A DNA stretch of 64,000 bases. Source: Harriotta raleighana. Its lineage: Eukaryota. Each line of letters begins with the position of its first letter. Within the stretch, counting starts at the first letter, position 1. This document shows positions 53,825 to 64,000 of the stretch, one piece after another. Below the pieces are notes generated by a model, which was not told the origin of the DNA, did no database searches, and was given only the letters and a program-made list of their open reading frames with translations. A program made the position numbers and the translations under genes. The stretch covers positions 785,769-849,768 of the forward strand of contig JBNZDD010013686.1 in assembly GCA_050575255.1 (NCBI GenBank), written 5' to 3'.

Positions 53825-54008
53825 GAAAAGAGGAACTGCGAATGCTGCAAATCTGAATTAAAAACTAAAAAGTGTGCGGAAAATGCACCGCAGGCCAATT
53901 GTAGGCAGAAAAATAAGTTAACTCTTCGGGTTAGCTACATTAAAACGTTAACCTATCTTTCTCCTTAATATCTCTATTGGCCCCCTGGTACATTTCCCAT
54001 TTTAATTT
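53825..54008. repeat. Two inverted degenerate Penelope-type terminal fragments inside the klhl13 3' UTR
   Basis: 53825-53931 resembles the reverse complement of 5160-5280. 53943-54008 is an imperfect inverted copy of 53878-53922. Confidence 0.55.
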
Positions 54009-54437
54009 CACAATGCAGGCAGTTTTGCCACACCTAAATTTACTGTATTGAACTATTTCAGATGTAATAAAGCCCAAGATAATGGAAATGCATTCATGGG
54101 TTAGTTAATGAGCTGTTTCAAAATCAATATAGCAATAGAGCCACAGCATTATATTGTCCAAAACAAAAAAAACACTGTATAACAGTAAAATCGCTAAACT
54201 TTTTCAGACAAAGTTCATTGTTTGACACATATATTCTTATGCCTTTCTTGCAACAGGTAAACAACCAATGGCAACAGAACTGCACAACGAACTCAATCCA
54301 CTGTTTTTGTAATTATAGTCATAGGTCACTGCCTAGAAATAGATGCAAAGCAAAAATAGGCAGTTAATCTTTGATATCAATTATGATGCTGTGCAAATGA
54401 GTTCTGTATAGGGTTGAAGGTAGAGCAGTTTCCTTGT

Positions 54438-54925
54438 CTAAGGTGCCGAGAGAGGTGACTCTCTGGATGGTGATCCAGTGTTTTCCTCAGGTGGGAATAC
54501 TGTCAGAGTGCAGGCCCTGATCCCTCCCAGTGATTCTGGGAGATCAAAGACCTTCTGCCATTCATCTTTCTCTGGGTCGTATTTCTGTACTATTTCCACC
54601 ATACAGCGATTATTCCAAGAATAGCCTCCCACAACATAGATCTTGTGTTCAAAGACTGCAACACCTACATCGCTCTGCCCACGCAACATGGCTGCAATTG
54701 GGGTCCACTGGTCCAGGGCAGGTGTATAGAACTCACAGCTCAAGACATCGTCATAATCACTGGTTCCCCTGAAGTGGTTTCCTCCAATTACATAGAGACG
54801 GTCCGCAACAGTGCACATGCAGTGAAGACCTCGAACAGTGGTCATTGGAGCTTTCTGTGTCCATTTATCTGCGTCTGGGTCGAAGCACATGAGTTCCTTT
54901 TGGAAAGTATCATGTGTAATCCCTC
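54438..54925 (-). CDS. klhl13: Kelch-like 13 last coding exon (final Kelch repeats, C-terminus [11 protein letters not shown], stop)
   Basis: Acceptor ttcaatag|GA GGG ATT ACA CAT gives (G)[27 protein letters not shown]...[11 protein letters not shown] followed by TAG. The intron-containing structure argues for klhl13 rather than the intronless mammalian KLHL9. Confidence 0.96.
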
Positions 54926-55250
54926 CTATTGAAGAGAAACAAAACCTAAGTTGTTAGGATACATTGTTTTTAAGTTATTTCATTCGGATAAGCAACAAAG
55001 AGAAAATCAATGCATTCTTCTTGGGTTGACAATAGGTGATTATCTTTTTAAAAAAACCTCTATGTTTGATCTAGTGCACTCGAGATTTCATTTGGGAATT
55101 GTACTACTGTACCTTTATATTGCTGAAAGAATCTTTTATGAAACCATAAAATGTTTTTTCTAAAAGGTCAGAGATTTATTTTTCTAAATATCAGGTTCGA
55201 TATTTCTTTAAACTCAATTTCATCATACTCATCCTCAAAGTCTAGAGGTA

Positions 55251-56000
55251 CAGTAAAACCTTGTTTATCCGGCACCCACGGCACCTGGCCAGTGGCAGTT
55301 AAACGTTTTTTCTGGTTGAACGGATTTAAAAAAATGTTTTTTATTAAATATAATTTTTTCCAAAAAAATTAAAAATATTTTAACACATACCATATTAATA
55401 ATGGACTCAATAATAACAGAATATTCTATTAGTACATGATTATTTATACTTAACTTCGCAATTGCAGCACTGATTCGATGGGAGGTAAAAAACGCGAGTT
55501 TAAAAAGCAATGAGTTTAGACCTAACGGCCAGCACACACAGACACACACACACCCACATAGACACATAGACAGACATAGACCCTCAAAAATATTCAGTCT
55601 GAATCCATCATATAAATTCTGTCTGTCCCCCGTCCCTTTCCTCTCTCTCTCTCCCTTTCCCCAGATCTCATTCCCCCACCACCCACCTCTCTCTTTCTCT
55701 CCATTCTACTCTCTCTCTCTCTCTCTCTCTCCGTTTTCTCCCCTCTCTTTCCCCCTCCCACTCTCTCTGGCCGCTACCTGCAGCAATATTTAACTTACCT
55801 TCCCAACGACCAGGCACTCATCCATTCGAACGAGGTAAAATAAAAACCGCGAATTTTAAAAGGACCCGGAATGAGTTTAGACCCAACATTCAACGCGTCG
55901 CCGGATAACTTCTGGTTAGTCGGACCGGGGCTTTTTTTTTGAAGTGGCAGTTGAATGGGTTTTCCAATTATTCAAGTCACGGATAAACAAGGTTTTACTG
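55251..56000 (+). mobile_element. Non-autonomous Tc1/mariner (pogo/Tigger-like) MITE, 750 bp, in the last klhl13 intron
   Basis: Perfect 21-bp terminal inverted repeats CAGTAAAACCTTGTTTATCCG / CGGATAAACAAGGTTTTACTG with TA on both sides (55249-50, 56001-02). No coding capacity; internal CA and CT low-complexity tracts. Confidence 0.92.
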
Positions 56001-56318
56001 TAGTAAGATTTCTTTTTTAAAAATCTGCAGAACTCTCCAGCCAGTCTCCACAGAAAATTGAAGATGATCAATAAGAAAACGTTCTGCACAGAGAAACATT
56101 TAGGTGACCTATTTACTGTTATTATGAAAGGGCACCTGTCAGAGCAAACGGATGGTAAGGTAGGGCAATGGATTGAAAGAAGTTTTTTTTAAGAAATAGT
56201 ACCGTTATTTGTGGAGGATGGTAAACATTTAAGATTTAAACATTTTCTGTTTCAATGCCTTCAAAATGGATTTACAAGTACATTAATGGTTCACTTGACA
56301 TCTATCGAGAAGATTTAC

Positions 56319-56432
56319 CTGAAATATACATGAAACCACCGTAAACGGTTCCAGCATGGCCATAGTGAGGTTCATTCATTTTTGCCACATAGCTCCATTC
56401 ATTGTTTCTTGGATTGTAGCATTCTACAGTGG
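56319..56432 (-). CDS. klhl13: Kelch-like 13 coding exon (Kelch repeat), 114 bp, phase 1 to phase 1; absent from the ORF track
   Basis: Read by eye: cacag|CC ACT GTA GAA TGC TAC AAT CCA...TAT ATT TCA G|gtaaat = (A)[37 protein letters not shown](G). It fills the gap between the neighbouring exons in frame. Confidence 0.96.
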
Positions 56433-56689
56433 CTGTGATAAAGAAATTTGCAAAGAGAATCAATTACAATATGCATTAAGTGCTTCAGATAGGAGGGAGT
56501 TGGGGAATCAAAACTATTTCAGTTAAATGCTGCTGTTGCCATTTGTTCACACCATCTTTCATTACACTTTGTTTTCAATAACAAAAAAAGGTTAGAAAGC
56601 AGATTTGACAAAATCAATAATTATTGTTCAACAGTGATAAATAGATGTGTTTTATACAGAAACAAGAGTATAATCTTATGTGGAAATGG

Positions 56690-57140
56690 CTGGCTCGACA
56701 ATGTTTTTATAGGTCGCAGATGTAGAGAAGAGCAAGTTCTTAAAGGGCTTTAAAAGTGAGGACACGGAACGTGAACTTGATCCATTGGAGAATGGGGAGT
56801 CAGTGGAGTCAGGTAGGACATGGGTGATAGGCTCATGGAGCTTAGTGTGGAAGAGGACACAAGATACAGAGTCTTGAATAATAATAATAATCTGCAGCTG
56901 GTGTAGGGAAGAGTTGGGAAGGCAATTGAAAGTCGTATCGAGTCTCTGTAGTAACGGCAGCATGGAAACCAAATTGGAGAGATTCATATAGAATACACAG
57001 TGGCAGGATAGGAAAGAGCAAAGGTGGGAAGCAATGATTCATTCTAGAACATTGGAAACAAAAGGAAGGTTGGAGACAAGACAGTAGTTTGTGTAGAGAT
57101 GGATCAAGGGAAGATTTTTTGAGGGTAGTTATTGACAGCT
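56690..57140 (-). mobile_element. Decayed L2 ORF2 fragments (intronic)
   Basis: RLD...LPNSSLHQLQ...IQDSVSCVLFHTKLHEPITHVL resembles the L2 RLDYCN/LQLIQN/HITPVL region. Confidence 0.75.
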
Positions 57141-57789
57141 GACAGCCAGGGGGGTGGGATTGCAGCGAGTACTACATAGATCCATCTCAAATACGTAAAT
57201 GTTGATTTCCTTAAATAAAATGCTACAAACTTGGGAAACAGAGCAAAGGTCATCCTGTCAAGCAAATCTGTTTATGTTGCCGTCGGGGGTGATATTGTAT
57301 CCAAGTTGCTAATTACCCTTACAATTACCCTTACATAGCTGAACAAACTTCATAGCTGAACAAACTTACAAAAAATCTCTAATATATACTGTACATAATC
57401 AAAGAAAACTTTCCACCAAGGCAACATTCTGTTAACTTACTCGCACCCCAGAAATAAATGAAAAGAAATGTCATATTGCCTTTCATGAATCCTGCTCACT
57501 GTACAAGAAAAAACACCTGCCTATTGTACAAGAAAAAACAAGCATACCACTCCAATGTTATATACAACAAACAGAATACTGTATACAGTATGAAACTGAT
57601 ACATGCTTGATTGAATTCATGAGCAAAAGAAACTAGTCTAACTGATTTGTGACTGTCACTCATAATAAAAATCATGACCCAAGTCTGAGTCTTTATCAGA
57701 CACTGTGATATATTTTATATGTAGCATTTTAGCTAAAAGCTTTAAATGAGGATCCTTTTCAGTGACACATAAAAAGTAATGGGCTATTT

Positions 57790-57952
57790 CTACACAGCAA
57801 TGTCCAATAAATAGTCATGAAGTGAATGAACAATTTTATCTGGGGAGTGTCAGCCAGGATCCTCTCAAGTGCCTTGGCATCTTAACATCCACCTAAACAA
57901 AGAACTCAGGTTAGGGCGTCAGTTTAACACCTCATTCATAGGAAGGCACCTA
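57790..57952 (-). mobile_element. Deu-domain SINE fragment (intronic)
   Basis: cagcaatgtcc...atcttaacatccacctaaac...cagtttaacacctcattcataggaaggcacct. Confidence 0.6.
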
Positions 57953-58423
57953 TAACTTCAATTTTTAAAAAAATTACATGTGACAAGAGGAAATTCATCG
58001 GAATTAACAAAATTCCATTGGTAACCAGCAAATGTTACAGAATCTATGCTCCCAACTTTGCCCTAACCAAATTGATAGTCTGCAGCACAGAGTGTTGTGT
58101 GGAATCACAAATGATTGTGTTGCCTTCATTGCATGTGAACATAATGCTAATTCATGATAGGAAAATAGACTCACAATACTGAGAGACCGTAACCAAAGCA
58201 CAAAAGAAAGGTGTCTAACCATTCCATGATACACTTCTCAATTCCTCTCAATCGCCCTCTTCAGCTAATAATACATCCATAAAAAGTAAATGTCATTTTG
58301 TCTGATCCATATCTCTTTTGTTTTCTGAAATATACTCCAAACGGAGTGCAAAAAAAACCTTTTGGTCAAAGGAAATCAATGTTGTTGAATAGTAAGATTT
58401 TATTTACATAAAGTATTTTGCTA

Positions 58424-58480
58424 AGCGTTCTGAGATGCTGCCCTGCATGGAGGGTGCTAAATAAGGGCAAGTTGTTGTTG
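58424..58480 (+). mobile_element. Isolated type-3 (L2) tail (also ~32343-32402, 33740-33860, 45367-45480)
   Basis: agcgttctgagatgctgccctgcatggagggtgctaaataagggcaagttgttgttg, same type as the tail of the L2 at 21040. Confidence 0.7.
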
Positions 58481-60647
58481 ATAAATGGATAAGACATTCA
58501 ATAATATTTTTAGTATGTGCTGCTTGGCATTGTGTTAAATGGAATTATTTGAAGATCCTAGTTGAGAAAGGTAAAAATATTTTAAGTATTCTATTTTTCC
58601 ATTTGTAAATTGAACCAACACCCCAATGAGGAAAAACAAGAATTATGAATATGAATATGAATATTTATAATTGATATTTTGAAAAATGCTCCTATTGAAG
58701 AATGACTGCTATGACTGATTGTATTGTTCCAATAAAATTCTTGACAATAAATCTTAATAGAATTCCTAGGACTGCACCTAGAGAATTATACTTGGGGAAT
58801 AAAAGGGTTAGACATCCATTTCAAACATCTTACACCAACTTGTTGGATTTGACTCATTTCCATCTAACAGAAAGGGCTTTTATTATATAGCAGATTTACA
58901 TTAAATGTCAATGGAGGTGCATTACTGTATCTGTTCCATTTAGAGCAAAGCATCTTATAATAATTGCTAATCTGTGCAAACATTGCATGGACGTCATGTA
59001 AAAATTATATTACTATTCCATACAAAATGACAAGTTCTGAAATTCTAGGCACTGTATATTTATTTAGTGCCAAACAACTTAATCAGACCACGCAGCTATT
59101 TTGTAGTTAACAATAAAATGGCTCCCAAATCCATTGTGAAAATCTTATATGTACCAAATTATAAGGCATGAAAATGAACACCCTCCAAGGCTTTGCAAAA
59201 AAAGTCAATGAAAACTATTTGCTATATCAGATGATTAGTACTGTATTAAGTTAGTCAGAATATCACTGAAGCAATTTTTGAAGGGTTATTTCAAACTAGG
59301 CATTTGACACTTAGGTAATATTTAAGCAAAGTAAACTACTGGGAATTGGTTGGAATAGTTAATTGGACAATGTCTATGCATTATCTAAAAAAACGGTTAA
59401 AACAAATTGTTGTCTCGCTCTTTGTGTACCCCACCCCCTCATACACACATACATCCCAACACATTCTAATCATTATGTAAGAAACCAATTATTAAAAATA
59501 CCTTGATATAAAATGTCTAGCCAACCTTGCAAAGTGGTACACTGATTTATGCAGTTTCCTTCCGAAGCATAATTTATGTCCATTTGATGGCTGTTTACAA
59601 TAACTCACAAGATCAAGAGCTCACTGTTTTGGAACTCACAGCAAGACAGTCAAATTCAAATCATTGGTCATGGGGAGATTTTTGTGAAAAGCTGGCAGTT
59701 TGCAAGCCAACACAACTGAGTTGGGCTTCATTTTTCCAATAGAATTATAGAAAAGTTTGTTATGCAACAAAACACACACGCACACAGGAAGTTAAAATAA
59801 ATGTATTTTTAAAAAATGGATTGTGGCTTTACTTGAAAGTTAGCTTTAAAATGACTCTCTAATCCAGGCAGCAATGCAATAACTAAAAAATCAATGCAGA
59901 TTACATAAGAAATTGAACCTATAGCAGAGTGAGCAGAATCTAATAGAATCTACCATGTTTCATATTGCCCCCAAATGACTGAATTTGTTAAAAAAAAGTG
60001 AATCCTGTAAAATAATAAGATTTAATTCTAGAAAATAACATGAATAAATGTATTCCATATTCCTTACCTGCATGGGGAGATAGGTTCTTTCCACTGAAAA
60101 CTAAGATCATACAAAACCATGTTTTGAAAAGGCCTTTTTTGTACATTAAACCTCTGTACTAATGTGTCACAAGTGGGATAAAGCAGCTTTATTAGTCATC
60201 AGATATTTAAATACATCCAGCTTGGATGGGATGAATATTGTGTCCCTTAATGTCGAGCTGTGTTAGTCATAATACATGGTTCTGAAAAAATATATCCTGC
60301 AGAGAAGGCAACTTTTACATAGAGCTGCTTTCGTGAATTTCGTGAATACTCTTGAACAGATTCATTGAACGTCTTCCTGCTTGTTGGTTAATTTTACCAC
60401 TAAAATAGGCTGCTTGGCAACTGAACTGAGCAAACGAACATGACTCTATTTTTAAATCTGCATCAATTATTTCTGTAATTAAACTCAATTTTGGCATGGT
60501 ACATCCAGAGAGTAGGAATAACAGGTTCCAAAGACAGGGAATAAAAACAAATCACAGAAGAATGCACATCCAGCTGATTTGTTGACATTCATTTCCAAAT
60601 TGTAACATAAAGCCTCAGAACACTTTAAAATATTTAATTTAAAATTT

Positions 60648-60712
60648 CAGCACCTTGGGACGTCCTCCTGACGTGAAACGCGCTCTATAAGTGTAATTTT
60701 GTTGTTGTTGTT
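60648..60712 (+). mobile_element. Isolated type-2 tail (also ~3370-3435, 4697-4742, 8026-8072, 9437-9485, 14204-14260)
   Basis: gcaccttgggacgtcctcctgacgtgaaacgcgctctataagtgtaattttgttgttgttg. Confidence 0.75.
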
Positions 60713-61739
60713 AATTGGAGAAACACATTCAGTCACGAACCCGGATTAATGGTATGCAGGTTGATTTGATGCAAATCAACAACTGAGTGTAGATAAGTTT
60801 CAGTCCTATAATATATTTTATGAATTGTACTCTGCAGCATTAGAAATTCCAATGACTACACACCATGTTATTTAATTTATTTTTGTATCAGGTTTCTGCA
60901 ATAATTTCAATAGTTTATATCCATTTAAATAGCATATACTGTAGAAAGTTCATCATAAATGCCATGATTCATATTTGTAAAATAACTACACAAATCTGTG
61001 CAACCTTTGTTGGAAAGGTGTAAGAACATACAGGATCTATTCTAAATCAGAAGGGATTGAGTTAATCAATATGGTATATAAGTGCTGAATTTACAACATC
61101 ACCTAATTAAATTATAGCTATGTAGTCAACAATATTAGATCAAACTGTTGGTGCAGCCAGGTTTCATGCTGCAATGAAACTTGAGTTTTGGCATCTAATG
61201 ATTGTGGCTTACTAGCTTACATCTCTTATATTATTTATGATACACCAAATAATGCAACTCAATATAAGCATTTATTTTATCTTGAATAGAATGCAGTTTT
61301 TCCATAAAGATTATTCATATTAAGTTTCTTAAATTTCAGTAAAAGATCATTGATAGATTTTCTTGATAAAATCTGAGAACCAATGCATTTGAATTCATAT
61401 ATCTGTAATTTATGCAATAAGTAATAGTTGTGTTATGGTACCTCATCTGAATAATCACATGTTAGACTTGGCACAGAGTGTTGATAGCCCACTCTAAATT
61501 GAAACATCATTGCAACCAAGCCCAATCTTGTCCTGAGCTGACCTATTTGTGCACTTTTGAGCAGGAATACTACTTGGGGAAAATGGGCAGAAGCTCTGAC
61601 CAACTTTCTCTTGCCTAAACCAACTGCCTTGAGGCATATTGTAGAATGCTAACATATTGTAGAATGCTGAAGCTCAAAATATCTTACGGTCATAAATGTG
61701 ATTAAAAATGCACACTGGTCCGTTAGGCTCTTCTACAAT

Positions 61740-61825
61740 GAGGACCAGGAGGAATAAACGTTTCTTCTGAAATAGTGTTGTGAAATCTTTAGTGCCTAAC
61801 TGAGGAACATGCAGATGGAACCTGC
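61740..61825 (-). mobile_element. Deu-domain SINE fragment (intronic)
   Basis: aggaccaggaggaa...ttctgaaatagtgttgtgaaatcttt...gcagatggaacct, similar to 25890-25975. Confidence 0.5.
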
Positions 61826-62123
61826 AGGAACAAATGTAGCGTTCCCCAATATTGTGAAACTATCCTCTGAGCTCAAATCTACAGTTTAGATAATCTAAGT
61901 CTAAAATACAGCTTTTATTACTAGCCTGTACAGTATTAAAATAAGTTAAAGCTTGAATACGATTAATTGACTATTTAAATCTACAGAATAAAATTGTGGT
62001 TAGCTTCATTAACTGACAATTTGACTGATTTTGTTTTCTATCCAATCCAGTTTACAATCAACACTCAGTTGGCAGCAAAATATTGTTGTGTTAGCTATTC
62101 TTAGCTCATTAGACTGAAAATAT

Positions 62124-62225
62124 CCCAAAATATGCAGTTAATTCGCTTTACAGTATTATCTGTGAAGCACTTTGAGACATCTCAAAAACATAAGGCAGCA
62201 CTATATTAAATGCAATGATTATTAT
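62124..62225 (+). mobile_element. Main SINE 3' fragment, intronic and antisense to klhl13
   Basis: Family tail. Confidence 0.75.
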
Positions 62226-62472
62226 ATATCATTATCTCTGCCATAACTTTCAATCAGTTGTCACATTCTACTTCTTGTGAGCTACAGTTCTAGCTAGAAT
62301 TTTATGGCTCTATCCAAAAATGTATGAGCAATTAAATATTTTCATAACCATCCTTCAAAGGATGACTTAAAAGGGCAATATAGATACTTGAGGCATATTA
62401 TCACATACAACCTCATGTAATTAGTTCTGAAAGAGTTATTTTAGATCTTCACAAATAAAAAAGTATACCTAC

Positions 62473-63268
62473 CCAATTCACCTGCTGCATTTCTACCACC
62501 GACAGCATAAAGATGTCCTTTCAGAGCACTTAGGTGGAAGAACGTACGCTTTTCATTTAAAGACGCTACTTGCATCCATTTGTTGTACCGAGGGTCATAT
62601 CTGAACACTGTGTCGACAGCCGTCTTTCCTTTTGTATCGTAATTGCTCTGCCCACCTACAACATACAGGAAGTTTCCAATCACTGCAATACCGTGTTGGT
62701 ACCTTGGTGCATCCATTGGAGCGAGTGCTTTCCATTCATGAGCCTTTTCATCGTACAATCTTAGTTCTTTGCTCACAACCAGCTGTTGCCTTAACACCCC
62801 GCCCAAGGTTACTAAATGCGTATTATCTGAACGAATACAGGTTCTCTCGGACTGCATTACAGGCTGCATGTAGGGCATCATCTGATAATTACTAGCTTCC
62901 AGTAGCAGGTTGACACAGACATTGTCTGTTCTCATGAAGTCCACAGTCTGAACATGATTAATTAGTTCCTGTGGTGACATCAGCGGAAACCTAATGTTCT
63001 TCATTAACTTCGAGGCAAAATCCATTCGCGAGTCCTCATACCTCAACCAACGGCAAGCACACTTAAAAAGCTCAAGTTCAGTGCAGTTTTTCAAACTGTT
63101 GCTTGAAAGCACAAAGGCAAGTCGCTCAAAGGGGAGCTTCACAAATTCACCAGTACTTAATAATGCAGGGAAATTCTTCAGTATGAAATTATTTACATAT
63201 TTATCAACTTCTGTTAAGTTGTATGTATTGGCAATGCGTCCTACCTCGACACAGTTGTCAAGAGAAAC
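62473..63268 (-). CDS. klhl13: Kelch-like 13 coding exon (BACK domain and first Kelch repeats), 796 bp, phase 0 to phase 1
   Basis: Translates as [50 protein letters not shown]...[12 protein letters not shown], matching KLHL13/KLHL9 as I recall them. Acceptor ttctag|GTT at 63270-63269; donor TTGG|gtaggt at 62472-62471. Upstream exons lie beyond the window. Confidence 0.96.
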
Positions 63269-63548
63269 CTAGAAGATACAAAAAAAAGTGATTTATTGAA
63301 GCAATATTTAAAGATTTGATATTTTGTTTTATTGGATTAATTGTTTCTTTTGCCCAAATGCTGGTATAGAAATATACCTTGCTCATCTAATCATCTACCG
63401 TAAAATAAATATTGCTATCACATTCGACTACACAGGATTGTATATTATAGATCAAATAAAATTGTTCATTTTAAATAGCACAAAAATAACTTCAGCCTTT
63501 GACATTACAAGATCAGAAGTGTTGAAATCCATTAAATGGATCTATATA

Positions 63549-63986
63549 CAGTAAAACCTTGTATATCCGTGACTCGATGAACCAGAAAACCCGTTCAACC
63601 GCCATCTCAAAAAAGTCCTGATTCAATGAACCGGAAGTTATCCGGCAAATAGTGATGACGCATTTAATGAATCGTCTGTCGCTCATGAGAACTGGTGCAG
63701 GCACTTGGGCTGGCCGCTAGTCAGGTCTAAACTCGTTCCTGCTCCTTTTAAAAGTTACGTTTTTTTTTACCTCCATCAGATGAGGGCTGCCATTGTGAAG
63801 TTAAGTATAAATAATAAAATACTAATACAATATTGTTATTATTTAGTCTACTATTAATATGGTATGTGTTAAAATAATTTTTAAAAAAAATTTTTTTAAA
63901 TCATTTTTAAAAAAAAAGTTCAACCGGAAAACCGTTTAACCACCACTGGCCAGTTCCTGTGGGTGCCGGATAAACAGGGTTTTATG
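63549..63986 (-). mobile_element. Second, shorter (438 bp) copy of the same MITE in the opposite orientation
   Basis: TA|CAGTAAAACCTTGTATATCCG...CGGATAAACAGGGTTTTA-TG|TA. Both subterminal regions align by eye to the reverse complement of 55251-56000. Confidence 0.9.
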
Positions 63987-64000
63987 TACGGTTTATATAT

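Larger units (their letters stand above)
53370..54437 (-). other. klhl13: Putative klhl13 3' UTR (~1.05 kb)
   Basis: Sequence between the stop codon and an AATAAA on the gene strand. The end point is inferred. Confidence 0.55.

Noticed and set aside
54530-54932. Plus-strand ORFs overlapping klhl13 exons (also 62570-63272)
   Set aside because: Antisense shadows of the coding exons.
62441-62472. ORF-track C-terminal extension [10 protein letters not shown]
   Set aside because: Read-through past the splice donor at 62472. The frame continues in the exon at 56432.
55251-63986. Composite transposon carrying two klhl13 exons
   Set aside because: Each MITE has its own TA duplication, the copies are diverged, the outer TIR at 63986 has a deletion, and the exons are in their normal gene context. 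Independent insertions are simpler.

Overview
AT-rich vertebrate genomic DNA, not prokaryotic. The repeat content (tRNA-headed SINEs with L2-type tails, Deu-domain SINEs, CR1/L2 fragments, Penelope-type terminal fragments) suggests a cartilaginous fish, possibly a chimaera; this is an inference. The only protein-coding gene I can support is the 3' part of klhl13 (Kelch-like 13, CUL3 substrate adaptor) on the minus strand: three coding exons (63268-62473, 56432-56319, 54925-54438) with canonical, phase-consistent GT-AG junctions, and a 3' UTR of about 1.05 kb ending near an AATAAA at 53389-53384. Positions 1 to ~53300 are intergenic DNA full of repeats, and the other short ORFs are chance or repeat-derived. 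The most interesting signals are: (1) ~100-bp insertions with 12-14 bp target-site duplications that carry a minimal hammerhead-ribozyme core; (2) two copies of a TA-flanked Tc1/mariner-type MITE in inverted orientation, each ~300 bp outside two klhl13 exons, a geometry that favours back-splicing; (3) three different retroposon 3' tails that share one co-varying hairpin; (4) a 58-bp TG...CA direct repeat pair 714 bp apart. All alignments were made by eye and repeat boundaries are approximate.
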